Below are positions 9,234 through 19,030 of a stretch of DNA of 64,000 nt, piece by piece. The stretch is taken from assembly GCA_020725545.1 (NCBI GenBank), contig DYEV01000036.1, positions 97 to 64,096 on the forward strand. The letters are read 5' to 3'. The position numbers were made by a program, and so were the translations under genes. The stretch's first letter is position 1, and each line of letters begins with the position of its first letter. The stretch is from Desulfobacca sp. Lineage in GTDB: Bacteria > Desulfobacterota > Desulfobaccia > Desulfobaccales > Desulfobaccaceae. Under the pieces are notes generated by a model. It was not told the DNA's origin, did not search any database, and worked only from the letters and a program-made list of their open reading frames with translations.

Positions 9234-9268
9234 CTTGCAGCTAATCTATTGATAATACTAACAGCATG

Positions 9269-9354
9269 TGGCGGAGGGAGTAGGATTCGAACCCACGAAC
9301 CTTTCGGTTTGCGGTTTTCAAGACCGCCGCCTTCAACCACTCGGCCATCCCTCC
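9269..9354 (-). tRNA. tRNA-Ser (anticodon UGA)
   Basis: The minus strand reads GGAGGGATGGCCGAGTGGTTGAAGGCGGCGGTCTTGAAAACCGCAAACCGAAAGGTTCGTGGGTTCGAATCCTACTCCCTCCGCCA. It has a 7-bp acceptor stem, anticodon loop CTTGAAA, a long variable arm, a GTTCGAATC T-loop and an encoded CCA. Confidence 0.92.
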
Positions 9355-9364
9355 ATGTTGCTGT

Positions 9365-9393
9365 ATTTAACCAAATCTCAGGGTTTCTGTCAA
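9365..9393 (-). promoter_or_regulatory. sigma-70-type promoter for tRNA-Ser
   Basis: Minus strand has TTGACA (9393-9388), a 17-nt spacer and TTAAAT (9370-9365). The -10 element ends 10 nt upstream of the tRNA 5' end. Confidence 0.6.
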
Positions 9394-9586
9394 CTAGGGC
9401 CGCCGGCTCCCTGACCCGCTGGGGCTCAGAAAATCCAAGGGATCTCGGGGCAGACACCTGGGGCCGCCCTTCTAAAAACCGGCTCCCTGATTTCCTCGGC
9501 AGGCAGGGGAGCTTGGCGCAGGGGCTCTGTCCCCCGGCCCCGACCCTAAAAGACCTGGTGCCACAACCTGTTGGAAGTGCCGCTGA

Positions 9587-9832
9587 TCAGCCCTCGCCAA
9601 GTTTCCCTAAAAAGCGCCGCATCCTTTGGATGGGGTGGGCCAGACCCGGCCAGCGGGATTCGACCCAGCCCACGAAGCGGGCCATAAAAGGCAGATCAAT
9701 GGACAACACCAGGGCAGCCAGGGCCAAGAAGAGCCAGCCCTGCAGGAGCGGCACCACCAGGCCGATCAGCCCCAGGGCCAGGAACAGGAGTCCTAGGGTG
9801 AGGCGAAAAATTCTGAAGACGTGTTTCCGCAT
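9587..9832 (-). CDS. small two-TM membrane protein (PGPGW-like), translationally adjacent to glgB
   Basis: 81 aa, MRKHVFRIFRLTLGLLFLALGLIGLVVPLLQGWLFLALAALVL.... Its ATG directly follows the glgB stop. Confidence 0.45.
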   Translation of the reverse strand: MRKHVFRIFRLTLGLLFLALGLIGLVVPLLQGWLFLALAALVLSIDLPFMARFVGWVESRWPGLAHPIQRMRRFLGKLGEG

Positions 9833-11803
9833 TTATTCTGGTCTCGGTTTGAGAAACACCACGGCCAGGGGCGGCAAGGTAAGATTGAGGGAAAATGGTC
9901 GGCCATGGTGCGGCAGGGCCTCCGCCTGCACCCCCCCGGCATTGCCTAAACCGCTGCCGCCATACTCCCTGGCGTCGCTGTTCAGCAGCTCCTCCCAGAA
10001 GCCCCCCTGGGGCACCCCCACGCGATATGGCAGCCGGGGCACCGGCGTAAAGTTGCAGGCCACCAGCACCACGTCTTCAGGGCGCCGACCACGACGCAAG
10101 AAGGTGAACACACTGGCATCCACATCGTTGCAGTCGATCCACTCAAAGCCCGTCCAGGTGAAATCGAGCTCATAAAGGGCCGGCTGCTGGCGGTAGACCC
10201 GATTCAAGTCTGCCAGCCAGAGCTGTATCCCGGCGTGGCTGGGTTGGTCTAACAGATGCCAATCCAGACTGACCTCGTGATACCATTCATTCCACTGGCC
10301 GAATTCACACCCCATAAACAGGAGCTTTTTCCCTGGCTGGCCGAACATATAGCCGAACAACAGGCGCAGATTGGCAAATTTTTGCCACGGATCGCCGGGC
10401 ATGGCTCTGATCAAAGAGCCTTTGCCATGGACGACCTCGTCATGGGAAAGGGGCAGGACAAAGTTCTCGTGAAAGGCATAGAGCAGCCGGAAGGTGATGG
10501 TATTGTGGTGGTAGCGCCGGTGGATGGGGTCATTGGCCATGTATTTCAGGGTATCGTGCATCCAGCCCATGTCCCATTTGAGGCCGAACCCCAGGCCGCC
10601 CAGATAAGTGGGCCGGGAAACCATGGGCCAGTCGGTGGACTCTTCGGCGATGGTCTGGACATCGGGATAATGACGATAGACCTCTTCATTGAACTTGCGC
10701 AAGAACCAGATGGCCTCCAGGTTCTCTTTGCCGCCATAGATGTTGGGAATCCACTCCCCCTCCTGGCGGGAGTAATCCAGATACAACATGGAGGCCACCG
10801 CATCCACCCGCAGACCGTCGGCATGGAATCGGTCCAGCCAATACAGGGCGCTGCTTAACAGGAAACTGCGCACCTCGTTGCGGCCGTAATTGAAGATGTA
10901 GCTATTCCAATCCGGATGGAAGCCTTTGCGCATATCGGCGTGCTCGTAAAGGTGCGTGCCGTCAAAGAAGGCCAGGCCATGCTCATCGGCCGGGAAATGG
11001 GAAGGGACCCAATCCAAGATGACGCCGATATCGTGTTGATGCAGGTGGTCCACCAGATACATGAAGTCTTCGGGCGGCCCATACCGGCTGGTGGGGGCAA
11101 AATAGCCGGTGGTCTGGTACCCCCAGGACCCGTAAAAGGGATGCTCCATGATCGGCAGAAACTCCACGTGGGTGAAGCCCATGTCCTTAACATAGGCTGC
11201 CAGGAGAGGGGCCGCTTCCCGGTAGCTCAGATGGCGGTTGCCCTCTTCCGGCACCCGCCGCCAGGAGCCGAGATGGACCTCGTAGATAGACATGGGAGCG
11301 TTCAGGGCGTTGCGTTGCCGCCGGTCGGCCAGCCATTGCTGATCCCCCCAAGCATAGTCCAGCTCCCAGACAATGGAGGCCATCCGGGGCGGACCTTCCA
11401 AAAACGCGGCAAAGGGATCGGCTTTATCCACGCGATAGCCATTGTACCGGGAAAAGATATGGTATTTGTATTTCGCCCCCCGGCCAACGCCGGGAATGAA
11501 CCCCTCCCAAATACCAGATTGACCCCGGGAGCCCAGAAAATGGGACTCTTTCTGCCAGTTATTAAAATCGCCCATAACCGACACCCGCTCTGCATCGGGC
11601 GCCCATACCGCAAAGTAGACCCCAGCCACGCCCTCGTGCTCCAGGCAATGGCTACCCAACTTCTCATAGAGGCGGAAGTGGTTGCCTTCGTTAAACAAAA
11701 ACAGATCGTCAGCACTCAGCAAAGAGACGTTGTAACGCACCGGACCGACCGCCTCAGGGCGAGGTGCAGCTTCGGTCTGCTGGGATGTTTTCTTTTTTGG
11801 CAT
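9833..11803 (-). CDS. glgB: 1,4-alpha-glucan branching enzyme
   Basis: 656 aa with GH13 catalytic motifs ([39 protein letters not shown]). Confidence 0.95.
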   Translation of the reverse strand: MPKKKTSQQTEAAPRPEAVGPVRYNVSLLSADDLFLFNEGNHFRLYEKLGSHCLEHEGVAGVYFAVWAPDAERVSVMGDFNNWQKESHFLGSRGQSGIWEGFIPGVGRGAKYKYHIFSRYNGYRVDKADPFAAFLEGPPRMASIVWELDYAWGDQQWLADRRQRNALNAPMSIYEVHLGSWRRVPEEGNRHLSYREAAPLLAAYVKDMGFTHVEFLPIMEHPFYGSWGYQTTGYFAPTSRYGPPEDFMYLVDHLHQHDIGVILDWVPSHFPADEHGLAFFDGTHLYEHADMRKGFHPDWNSYIFNYGRNEVRSFLLSSALYWLDRFHADGLRVDAVASMLYLDYSRQEGEWIPNIYGGKENLEAIWFLRKFNEEVYRHYPDVQTIAEESTDWPMVSRPTYLGGLGFGLKWDMGWMHDTLKYMANDPIHRRYHHNTITFRLLYAFHENFVLPLSHDEVVHGKGSLIRAMPGDPWQKFANLRLLFGYMFGQPGKKLLFMGCEFGQWNEWYHEVSLDWHLLDQPSHAGIQLWLADLNRVYRQQPALYELDFTWTGFEWIDCNDVDASVFTFLRRGRRPEDVVLVACNFTPVPRLPYRVGVPQGGFWEELLNSDAREYGGSGLGNAGGVQAEALPHHGRPFSLNLTLPPLAVVFLKPRPE

Positions 11804-11977
11804 GGCAGGTTCCCTCCGCGGCGTTGCCAGGAGTAAGCGTTATAATGATTGAGTTCCCGGGGGAAGCGTCATCCGGCCCAGGAGTGCCCCCTGAACCTGA
11901 AACCCCATTGCCCTCAGAATGGCGAGAACAATGGGGTAAAGGGATGGGGGTAGCATCGGCCCCCGCAAGTGCTCTGG

Positions 11978-12364
11978 TTAGCGGGAACTGGCTTTGGCGA
12001 TTTTTTCTTTCTGAGATTGGCAGTCACGGCATAAGGCCGTTTCGGGCATGATCTCCAGCCGCCGGGGTTCGATGAGCTTGCCGCAGCCCTCGCACTCGCC
12101 ATAGGTGCCATTTTCCAGGCGTTGCAGGGCCTCTTCGATGGCCACCAGCTCTTGGCGCTTGGGTTCAATGAGAGAAAACTGGGTCTCTTCCAAAAGGTTG
12201 ACCTGGGCCTGATCCTCTTCATCCCGGGCTGTTTCTAAAAGGTCCTGATAACTCTCGCCCAAACCGGTTTTAATCTGTCCTTTGACTTCCCGCCAGAGTT
12301 TGCGTTTCCGTTCCAATAATTTTTCCCGCAATTGGGTGATTTTTTCAGCGTCCATCAATGCCAT
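11978..12364 (-). CDS. DksA/TraR-family C4 zinc-finger protein (DksA paralogue)
   Basis: Start re-picked to ATG 12364, preceded by GGGAGGGA. It has a coiled-coil with DEEDQA (a DxxDxA-type tip) and the finger CEGCGKLIEPRRLEIMPETALCRDC. It lies immediately downstream of rpoD. Confidence 0.8.
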   Translation of the reverse strand: MALMDAEKITQLREKLLERKRKLWREVKGQIKTGLGESYQDLLETARDEEDQAQVNLLEETQFSLIEPKRQELVAIEEALQRLENGTYGECEGCGKLIEPRRLEIMPETALCRDCQSQKEKIAKASSR

Positions 12365-12426
12365 GGGTAAATCCCTCCCAAGAATATGCCATACACACAA
12401 GGCGAGGCGCAATCAGAGACCAACGT

Positions 12427-13737
12427 TTATTCTAAAAAATCCTCGAGGGTTGCCTTGCGGGTGGGATGTTTCAGTCGTTTGAGGGCCTTCTTCTCAATCT
12501 GTCGAATCCGCTCCCGGGAAACTTTAAATTCCCGGCCGATCTCCTCCAGGGTGTGCTCCACTTCAGCGCCGATGCCAAAGCGCATCTTCATAATCTTTTC
12601 TTCCCGGGGAGTGAGGGTGGAGAGGATGGCATCGGTTTTTTCGGACAACTCCGAATTGATAATGGACTCGAAAGGCGAAATGGCCGCATCATTGCGGATA
12701 AAATCTCCCAAACGGTCGCCCTCGTCCCCCACCGGCGTCTCCAGAGAGATAGGTTCATCAGAGAGGTTGGTAACCACCAGGATCTTGTCTTCCGGGACCC
12801 CGGAGCGCTCGGCAATTTCTTTGAGCAACGGTTCCCGGCCCAACTCCTTCAACAGATCGTAAAAGGCCCGGTAGCAACGGTTGCGAATTTCCTGCAGGTG
12901 GACCGGAATACGAATTGTCCGGGTTTTATCATAAATGGCCCGGGTAATGGTCTGCCGAATCCACCAGGAAGCAAAGGTGCTTAAACGATAGCCCGTCGTG
13001 TAGTCGTAACGCGTGACGGCCTTCATCAACCCCAGGTTGCCCTCTTGAATGAGGTCGGAAAAACTGAGGCCACGATGGAGATATTTCTTGGCAATACTCA
13101 CCACCAGGCGCAGATTGGCTTTGATCATCTCGTCCCGGGCCTTGATGACCTCGTTTTCTTTGATCTTGATTCTTTTTAGCAGGTCTTTAATTTCTTCTGC
13201 CTGGGGGTAGTTGCGGGCCACCTCCTGCAACGTCCGGTTGATGAAGCGGAAGAGCTTTTCTTTGGCCTGGGCGGTCTTTTCCTCGGTGCGGAACCACTCC
13301 TGCACTTTCTCTTTCAAATAGCGGATTTCCGCGAGATCGGATTCAACGACGCTGACCATCTTTAAAATGGTTTCCTGACCATTTTTGATGATCCGTCCCA
13401 ACTCCTTCTCTTCCTCAGGGGTCAGGACCGAATAGCGGAGCATTTCCCGAAAATAGGCTGCAACGATCCCCTCTTGTTCCGGAACTTCCTCGGTGTCGAA
13501 AACCTCGCCACTCTCCACCTCCCCCGGCTCTTCGGCCAACTCCACGCCGGTGTAAGAAACTTCTTCGAGGCTGTCCACGACCTCAATTTCCTCCTCTTGG
13601 AGGGAGTCGAAGACCTCCTTGATCTCACAGGGATCGATGATGTCGGCCGGGATCAGTTCGTTGAGGTTATCGTAGGTCAGATAGCCCCCTTTTTCTTTTC
13701 CCAAATGTATTATTTTGTCGATATAATCTCTATCCAT
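12427..13737 (-). CDS. rpoD: RNA polymerase sigma-70 family factor, RpoD-like
   Basis: 436 aa with an acidic N-terminus, region 2 (DLIQEGNLGLMKAVTRYDY...FASWWIRQTITRAI), and regions 3 and 4 (LTPREEKIMKMRFG...TLEEIGREFKVSRERIRQIE). Confidence 0.88.
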   Translation of the reverse strand: MDRDYIDKIIHLGKEKGGYLTYDNLNELIPADIIDPCEIKEVFDSLQEEEIEVVDSLEEVSYTGVELAEEPGEVESGEVFDTEEVPEQEGIVAAYFREMLRYSVLTPEEEKELGRIIKNGQETILKMVSVVESDLAEIRYLKEKVQEWFRTEEKTAQAKEKLFRFINRTLQEVARNYPQAEEIKDLLKRIKIKENEVIKARDEMIKANLRLVVSIAKKYLHRGLSFSDLIQEGNLGLMKAVTRYDYTTGYRLSTFASWWIRQTITRAIYDKTRTIRIPVHLQEIRNRCYRAFYDLLKELGREPLLKEIAERSGVPEDKILVVTNLSDEPISLETPVGDEGDRLGDFIRNDAAISPFESIINSELSEKTDAILSTLTPREEKIMKMRFGIGAEVEHTLEEIGREFKVSRERIRQIEKKALKRLKHPTRKATLEDFLE

Positions 13738-14114
13738 AGGAAAATCTGGCTAACCGTTAGACTGGGCTGCAGGAAAATTTAAAAATTGATACTATCATAT
13801 CGGCCCCAAAAGAGCAAAAAAAATTTTAACCGGGGGCCATTTATAATTAAGTCAGGTTAAGGCACTGGGCCTGGAGGTCAGAGAGCCAGGCACTCTCGGC
13901 ATGGTTCTCTCTTTCTCTATCGGCCTAACCATAGATCTAAATTAATTCTAAGAAAACAAAAAGTCAAGCATGCTGCGAGCCTCGGCAGCACGCTGACGGA
14001 GAGGGTTGCGGGCCGAGCCCGCCGCCATGCGGCGCCACAATCTTGTGGCGACCGCCTTCTCACTATTTTCAGTGCAACGCTGGCCTGGCCAGCAGGTCGG
14101 CTCGGAGAGTTCTT

Positions 14115-15137
14115 ATGCCCCATATATTTGTGAGCCAGCTCAGGGAAGGCATGGAGGTGCAGCAATATTTTGTGGTGCGGCAGGCGGAGGAAAGACTTAC
14201 CCAACACGGTAAGCCCTATCTCAACCTGCAGTTGGCCGACCGCACCGGTATCATCCGGGCCAAACTCTGGTCCGAAGCCTTGCGGGAGTATCCCGGCCCC
14301 TTTCGGAACGGCGATTACGTCGGGGTGGTGGGCTTCGTGCGCGCCTATCAGGGCGAGCCGGAGATTACCATTCAAAAAATCTGGACATTGGCCCAAATCA
14401 AGCAAAAAAAAGAACTGGTCAACGAAGAACCCAAAGACTTTGACATCAGCCTCCTCCATGCCACCACTCCGTATGATCGGGAGCAGCTGTGGCAGGATTT
14501 GCTCGCCCTGGCCACCGAGGCCTTGACGCCCCCTTTGCGCGATTTAGTTCTCAATCTCCTGCACGCCAACGAGGCGGCCTGGCAGACACATCCAGCGGCC
14601 CGGCGGAATCATCATGCCTATGTGGGCGGCCTGCTGGAGCATACCTGGTGTGTCGCCCGCCTGGCCCAACAGATCGCCGCCGTTTACCCCGATATTCACC
14701 AGGAATTGGTAGTAGCCGGCGCCATCTTGCACGATGTGGGCAAAATCAAGGAATTGGGCCAACCCCACGCTCCAGATTATACGGTGGCCGGGCAATTGTT
14801 GGGCCACATTGTCTTGGGGTGGGAGATGATCCGCCAGGAGGCCGCCAACCTCACCTTTCCCGATGAGAAATTACTCCTGCAGTTGGAGCACATTGTCCTG
14901 ACCCACCACGGCCAGCAGGAATTTGGCTCGCCGGTCCTGCCCAAAACCCGGGAAGCCCTGCTGGTTTACTACGCCGATGACCTGGATGCCAAACTCAAAA
15001 TTATGGAACAGCACCTGCAGGCGGATACTTCGGAACGGGAATTTACCCCTTACCATCGCCTGCTGCAGAGAGAATTGTATAAAATCGGCCGGGAAACCGA
15101 ACCCCCTGAGGAAGAGGAAAAATTTCTAGAGGAGTGA
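14115..15137 (+). CDS. OB-fold plus HD-domain phosphohydrolase (YhaM-like 3'-5' exoribonuclease family)
   Basis: Start re-picked to ATG 14115 (RBS GGAGAG). It has an N-terminal OB-fold pattern and the HD motif HHAYVGGLLEHT...GAILHDVGK. Confidence 0.72.
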   Translation: MPHIFVSQLREGMEVQQYFVVRQAEERLTQHGKPYLNLQLADRTGIIRAKLWSEALREYPGPFRNGDYVGVVGFVRAYQGEPEITIQKIWTLAQIKQKKELVNEEPKDFDISLLHATTPYDREQLWQDLLALATEALTPPLRDLVLNLLHANEAAWQTHPAARRNHHAYVGGLLEHTWCVARLAQQIAAVYPDIHQELVVAGAILHDVGKIKELGQPHAPDYTVAGQLLGHIVLGWEMIRQEAANLTFPDEKLLLQLEHIVLTHHGQQEFGSPVLPKTREALLVYYADDLDAKLKIMEQHLQADTSEREFTPYHRLLQRELYKIGRETEPPEEEEKFLEE

Positions 15138-15163
15138 AAGCTTTTTTTGCGGAATAATTTATA

Positions 15164-15192
15164 TTGACAGTCGCCTGCTTTACCATTAAGTT
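15164..15192 (+). promoter_or_regulatory. sigma-70-type promoter upstream of the usp gene
   Basis: TTGACA (15164-15169), a 17-nt spacer and TAAGTT (15187-15192). This implies a leader of about 145 nt. Confidence 0.4.
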
Positions 15193-15343
15193 ATGGAAAA
15201 GGGCATGTTTTCATCATGTGGCAAAATTAACTTGCGTAGTACTACCAGATTCTTCGCAAACAACCGGCGCTCCCCGGAGACGCCTTCGGATCGTTACACC
15301 TGAGCAATGTTGACCGATAACTTTAACAATTGCAGGAGGAAGC

Positions 15344-15820
15344 ATGTTTAAGAAGATTCTGGTTCCATTGGACGGCTCAGAGCTGGCGGCAAAAATCCTG
15401 CCAAAAGTTGAAGAACTGGCGAAACTCTGTGACGCCCAGGTCACCTTGGTATCGGTCATTGCCGAAGCCACTGATGTACCTGGTGATCCCAGTCCGGAAA
15501 TTTTTCTCAAGGCGGCGGCTCACGAAAAGCAGGCGTGTCAGACGTATTTGGGCAACACGGCCAAGGATCTGCAAAACAAAGGCCTCAAGGTTGATGTGGC
15601 CTGTTTGGAGGGGGTGGCGGCCCGGGAAATCGTCAAGTTCGCCCAAGATCAGAATTTTGACCTCATTGCCATGGCCACCCACGGTCGGGGCGAGGTCGCC
15701 TGGGTCATCGGCAGCACCGCGGAAAAGATCCTCAGCCATGCCACGGTGCCGGTCCTGTTGTTCAGGGTATTGGAATACAAGCCACCGGCCTTGAAAGAGG
15801 AATTTTTCCTGGGGGCGTAA
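15344..15820 (+). CDS. universal stress protein (UspA family)
   Basis: MFKKILVPLDGSELA...ATHGRGEVAWVIGSTAEKILSHATVPVLL, the canonical Usp ATP-binding pattern. RBS is GGAGGA. Confidence 0.85.
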   Translation: MFKKILVPLDGSELAAKILPKVEELAKLCDAQVTLVSVIAEATDVPGDPSPEIFLKAAAHEKQACQTYLGNTAKDLQNKGLKVDVACLEGVAAREIVKFAQDQNFDLIAMATHGRGEVAWVIGSTAEKILSHATVPVLLFRVLEYKPPALKEEFFLGA

Positions 15821-15926
15821 GAGCCAGAAAAGCATAATGTTGCGAGGGGCGGGCCAGGGGCTCGCCCTTTGGCGTTACCAGGGGCGCAATCCACAAAAAG
15901 CAAGGCACCGGCCTCCAGCGATCGGA

Positions 15927-16748
15927 TTACTGCTCCCCATCGGTCAGGCCAATGACCGCAATCTTGGCCCGATCCGCCGCCTGCAGCATGGCCAGCCGGT
16001 CAAACATCAAGGTCTTGCCCGCCTCCAGGGCCAGGACGCTGGCCTTGACCTCGGCCATGACGGCAATGGTCTCCAACCCCACCGCTGGCACATCGAACCG
16101 TAAATCCTGGGTGGGTTTGCTGACCTTGACAACCACGGCCTGCTCCCCTGCCAAAGCACCACCCCGTCGGATGGTGGCATCGGTGCCGTCAATGGCCTCC
16201 ACCGCCAACACTGCCTGCCGCCGGACGACAACGCACTGGCCTATATCCAGCCTACCGATTTCTTTAGCTATTTTCCAGCCAAAAAGGACGTCCTGCATCT
16301 CCTTGGCCGTGGGTTGGCGGCGGCCCAGCACCCCGCGGGGCGCCAGCAGATCCGCCAGGTAGAGAGTCGGGGAGACAATGGTGATGCCCTCTTGTTCCAG
16401 TTCTGCGGCCACTTCCCGGAGGATGCCGTCGTCGCCCACATGGCTCAGCCGGCTGAGCAGGCGCACGGCCCGCAGATCGGGCCGGAGATGGGTAAAGAGG
16501 CGCCCCTTGCTGATGCCGCCGGCCATGACCGCCTGGCTGACGCCGGCCTGCTGAAAGAATCTGATGATCTTTCCCAACTGGCCCACATAGACCCATTTCA
16601 GGGATGTGACCAGGTGTTCCAGAGCCGGGTCCGTTTCGCCCCGATGAGCCGCGGCCACGACTTCCAGACCCTGGGCGCGGGCAGCTTGGGCAAAGATCAG
16701 GGGAAACTTACTCTTTCCCGCGATGAGGCCGATTTTCTCGGGTTTCAA
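15927..16748 (-). CDS. lpxI: UDP-2,3-diacylglucosamine diphosphatase LpxI (DUF1009 family)
   Basis: 273 aa, KIGLIAGKSKFPLIFAQAARAQG...DIGQCVVV...DGTDATIRRGG...KPTQDLRFDVPAVG. The track start at 16748 is a TTG codon and overlaps the lpxA 3' end by 41 nt. Confidence 0.78.
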   Translation of the reverse strand: MKPEKIGLIAGKSKFPLIFAQAARAQGLEVVAAAHRGETDPALEHLVTSLKWVYVGQLGKIIRFFQQAGVSQAVMAGGISKGRLFTHLRPDLRAVRLLSRLSHVGDDGILREVAAELEQEGITIVSPTLYLADLLAPRGVLGRRQPTAKEMQDVLFGWKIAKEIGRLDIGQCVVVRRQAVLAVEAIDGTDATIRRGGALAGEQAVVVKVSKPTQDLRFDVPAVGLETIAVMAEVKASVLALEAGKTLMFDRLAMLQAADRAKIAVIGLTDGEQ

Positions 16749-17523
16749 TGGGGGCCAGACCTCTCTCGGAATGTTCCAAAAATTGCAGCAACGTCGTAAC
16801 GGCCGGTTCGGCCGGGAAGCGCTGCCGAAGCTGTGCCATGGCTTCCTTGAGGGTCAGTTCGGAGAAAAACAGGGTTTCAAAAGCGGTTTTCAGGGTATCG
16901 AGGGTGGCGGTGCCAAAGCCATGACGTTTTAAACCCACCAGGTTGAGGCCGACGATCTTGGCCCGGTTGCCCACGGCCATGCAAAAGGGCGGCACATCTC
17001 GGGCCACCGCCGAGGCGCCGCCGATAAAGGCGTGGGCCCCGATCCGGCAGAACTGGTGGATGGCCGACAGCCCACCCAGGATGGCGTAATCATCCACGGT
17101 GATGTGCCCGGCCAGGGTCGCGGCGTTGGACATAATGATATGATTACCCAGGCGGCAGTCGTGGGCCACATGGGTATAGGCCATGAACAGATTGCCGTGG
17201 CCGATCTGGGTAACGCCGCCACCGCCAGCGGTGCCCCGGTGCAGGGTGGCGAATTCCCGGATGATGTTGTCGTCGCCGATAATCAGCCGGGTTTCCTCCC
17301 CCTGGAATTTTAAATCCTGGGGCACTTCCCCGACCACGGCAAACTGAAAGATGCGGCAGCGTTTGCCGATAGTGGTAAAAGGCCGGATTACCACATGCGG
17401 GCCCACCTGGGTATCGTCATCGATGGTCACCGGGCCGTCAATGATGCTGTAGGGTCCCACCGACACACCGGCGCCCAAGGCCGCTTTGGGGTCAACGATG
17501 GCGGTAGGGTGAATCTTAGGCAT
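16708..17523 (-). CDS. lpxA: acyl-ACP--UDP-N-acetylglucosamine O-acyltransferase
   Basis: Left-handed beta-helix hexapeptide repeats. MPKIHPTAIVDPKAALG...VVGEVPQDLKF is typical of LpxA. Confidence 0.9.
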   Translation of the reverse strand: MPKIHPTAIVDPKAALGAGVSVGPYSIIDGPVTIDDDTQVGPHVVIRPFTTIGKRCRIFQFAVVGEVPQDLKFQGEETRLIIGDDNIIREFATLHRGTAGGGGVTQIGHGNLFMAYTHVAHDCRLGNHIIMSNAATLAGHITVDDYAILGGLSAIHQFCRIGAHAFIGGASAVARDVPPFCMAVGNRAKIVGLNLVGLKRHGFGTATLDTLKTAFETLFFSELTLKEAMAQLRQRFPAEPAVTTLLQFLEHSERGLAPIETRENRPHRGKE

Positions 17524-17983
17524 GACTGGGAATCTCCTCCTGGGTCAAGGCGGCCATAAATTCTCCTTCGGCCACAATATTGCCATCCACCAAGGCCTTG
17601 CCAGCCATTTTCCAGACTTTTTTGCCGCTGCGCAGCATGGTCAACTCCATGATCAATTGGTCGCCGGGGACCACCGGCCGCCGAAACCGCACCTTATCCA
17701 TGCCAAGAAAGAGGTATAATTTCTTTTCCTCATGTCCTTTGGTGGTCATATAGGCCAGGACTCCGCCCACCTGCGCCATGGCCTCGACGATGAGGACGCC
17801 CGGCATCACCGGCCGGCCGGGGAAGTGTCCGGCAAAAAACGGCTCATTGAAGGTGACGTTCTTCAGGCCTTTAATAAATTCCCCCGGTTTAATCTCCAGG
17901 ATCCGGTCCACCAGCAGAAAGGGATAGCGATGGGGCAGGTAGTGCATGATTTCTTCCAGGGAAAGGTGCGTGGGCAGCGTCAT
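17516..17983 (-). CDS. fabZ: 3-hydroxyacyl-ACP dehydratase
   Basis: Start re-picked to ATG 17983 (MTLPTHLSLEEIMHYLPHRYPFLLVDRI...FFAGHFPGRPVMPGVLIVEAMAQ). The long N-terminal extension in the track ORF is a shadow of lpxD. Confidence 0.92.
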   Translation of the reverse strand: MTLPTHLSLEEIMHYLPHRYPFLLVDRILEIKPGEFIKGLKNVTFNEPFFAGHFPGRPVMPGVLIVEAMAQVGGVLAYMTTKGHEEKKLYLFLGMDKVRFRRPVVPGDQLIMELTMLRSGKKVWKMAGKALVDGNIVAEGEFMAALTQEEIPSHA

Positions 17984-19029
17984 CCTGCAGCCTCCTTCTC
18001 CAGGGCCGCCTTGAGGGCGGCTACCTGCTTTTCTAAAGCTTTCAAGCGTTCGTACATTTCCGGCAGTTTTCTCTGAATGGCGCTGACCCGTAAAAATTCG
18101 CGCTGGGGCAGCACCGGCGAGCCACTGACCACACTGCCGGCCGGCACGGAGTTGGAAACGCCGGATTTGGCCCCGATGCGCACGCCATCGCCGATCTCGA
18201 TATGACCCACGATCCCCACCTGACCGGCCAACATGACATTGCGGCCGATCCGCGTGGACCCCGAGATACCTACCTGGGCCACGAGGATGGAATTTTCCCC
18301 CACCTCGACGTTGTGGGCGATCATCACCAAGTTGTCGATTTTCACCCCACGGCAGATGCGGGTCTCCCCCAAAGCGCCCCGATCGATGGTACAATTGGCA
18401 CCGATCTCCACGTCGTCTTCAATGACCACCGTGCCCAACTGGGGAATCTTGATAAAGGTGGCCCCATTGGGGGCAAAGCCGAAACCGTCGGCGCCGATCA
18501 CCGTGCCGCTATGGACAATAACCCGTTCTCCCAAACGGCACCGGTCATAGACGGTAACATTGGCATGCAGGGTCGTATCGGCGCCGATCTCGACGCCATG
18601 GCCAAGGACCACTCCCGGCAGCAGGGTGACCCGATCAGCCAGCCGGACGTCATCGCCGAGCCAGACAAAAGGCGCAATGCTGACGTCGGCGCCCAAATGG
18701 CAGTTGCGGCCCAGGATGGCTTGGTTGCTGACCCCCGGCCAACGGCGCTGGGGCGGAGCAAAAACCGCGGCAATCTTGGCATAGGCCAGATAAGGGTTGG
18801 GAGTAATGATCAGGGGACGGGGGGTGGCTTGCAGATCGGGCGAGACGATAAAAGCTCCGGCCCGGCTGGTCTCGATCAGCTTGGCATATTGGGGCCGGGC
18901 CACAAAGGTAATCTCCTCGGGCCCGGCCTCGTGGATAGCCGCCAGCCCCCGAATGACAAGATCTTCCGGCCCCTGACAGACACCGTCCACCAGCCTGGCC
19001 AATTCTAACAGGGTCTTAGTCTCTGCCAC
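17980..19029 (-). CDS. lpxD: UDP-3-O-acylglucosamine N-acyltransferase
   Basis: Hexapeptide-repeat protein with an LpxD-type N-terminal domain. The likely start is GTG 19029 (VAETKTLLELARLVDG), directly after the skp stop. The track start at 19113 would overlap skp. Confidence 0.88.
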   Translation of the reverse strand: MAETKTLLELARLVDGVCQGPEDLVIRGLAAIHEAGPEEITFVARPQYAKLIETSRAGAFIVSPDLQATPRPLIITPNPYLAYAKIAAVFAPPQRRWPGVSNQAILGRNCHLGADVSIAPFVWLGDDVRLADRVTLLPGVVLGHGVEIGADTTLHANVTVYDRCRLGERVIVHSGTVIGADGFGFAPNGATFIKIPQLGTVVIEDDVEIGANCTIDRGALGETRICRGVKIDNLVMIAHNVEVGENSILVAQVGISGSTRIGRNVMLAGQVGIVGHIEIGDGVRIGAKSGVSNSVPAGSVVSGSPVLPQREFLRVSAIQRKLPEMYERLKALEKQVAALKAALEKEAAG

Positions 19030-19030
19030 G

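Noticed and set aside
17984-18394. N-terminal extensions of track ORFs (fabZ to 18394, ilvD to 37711, ribD-like to 2695, prs to 47214, OMF from 6416, HD protein from 14043, lpxD to 19113)
   Set aside because: The extensions overlap neighbouring genes or lack homology-like sequence. Internal ATG/GTG codons with Shine-Dalgarno motifs coincide with conserved family N-termini.
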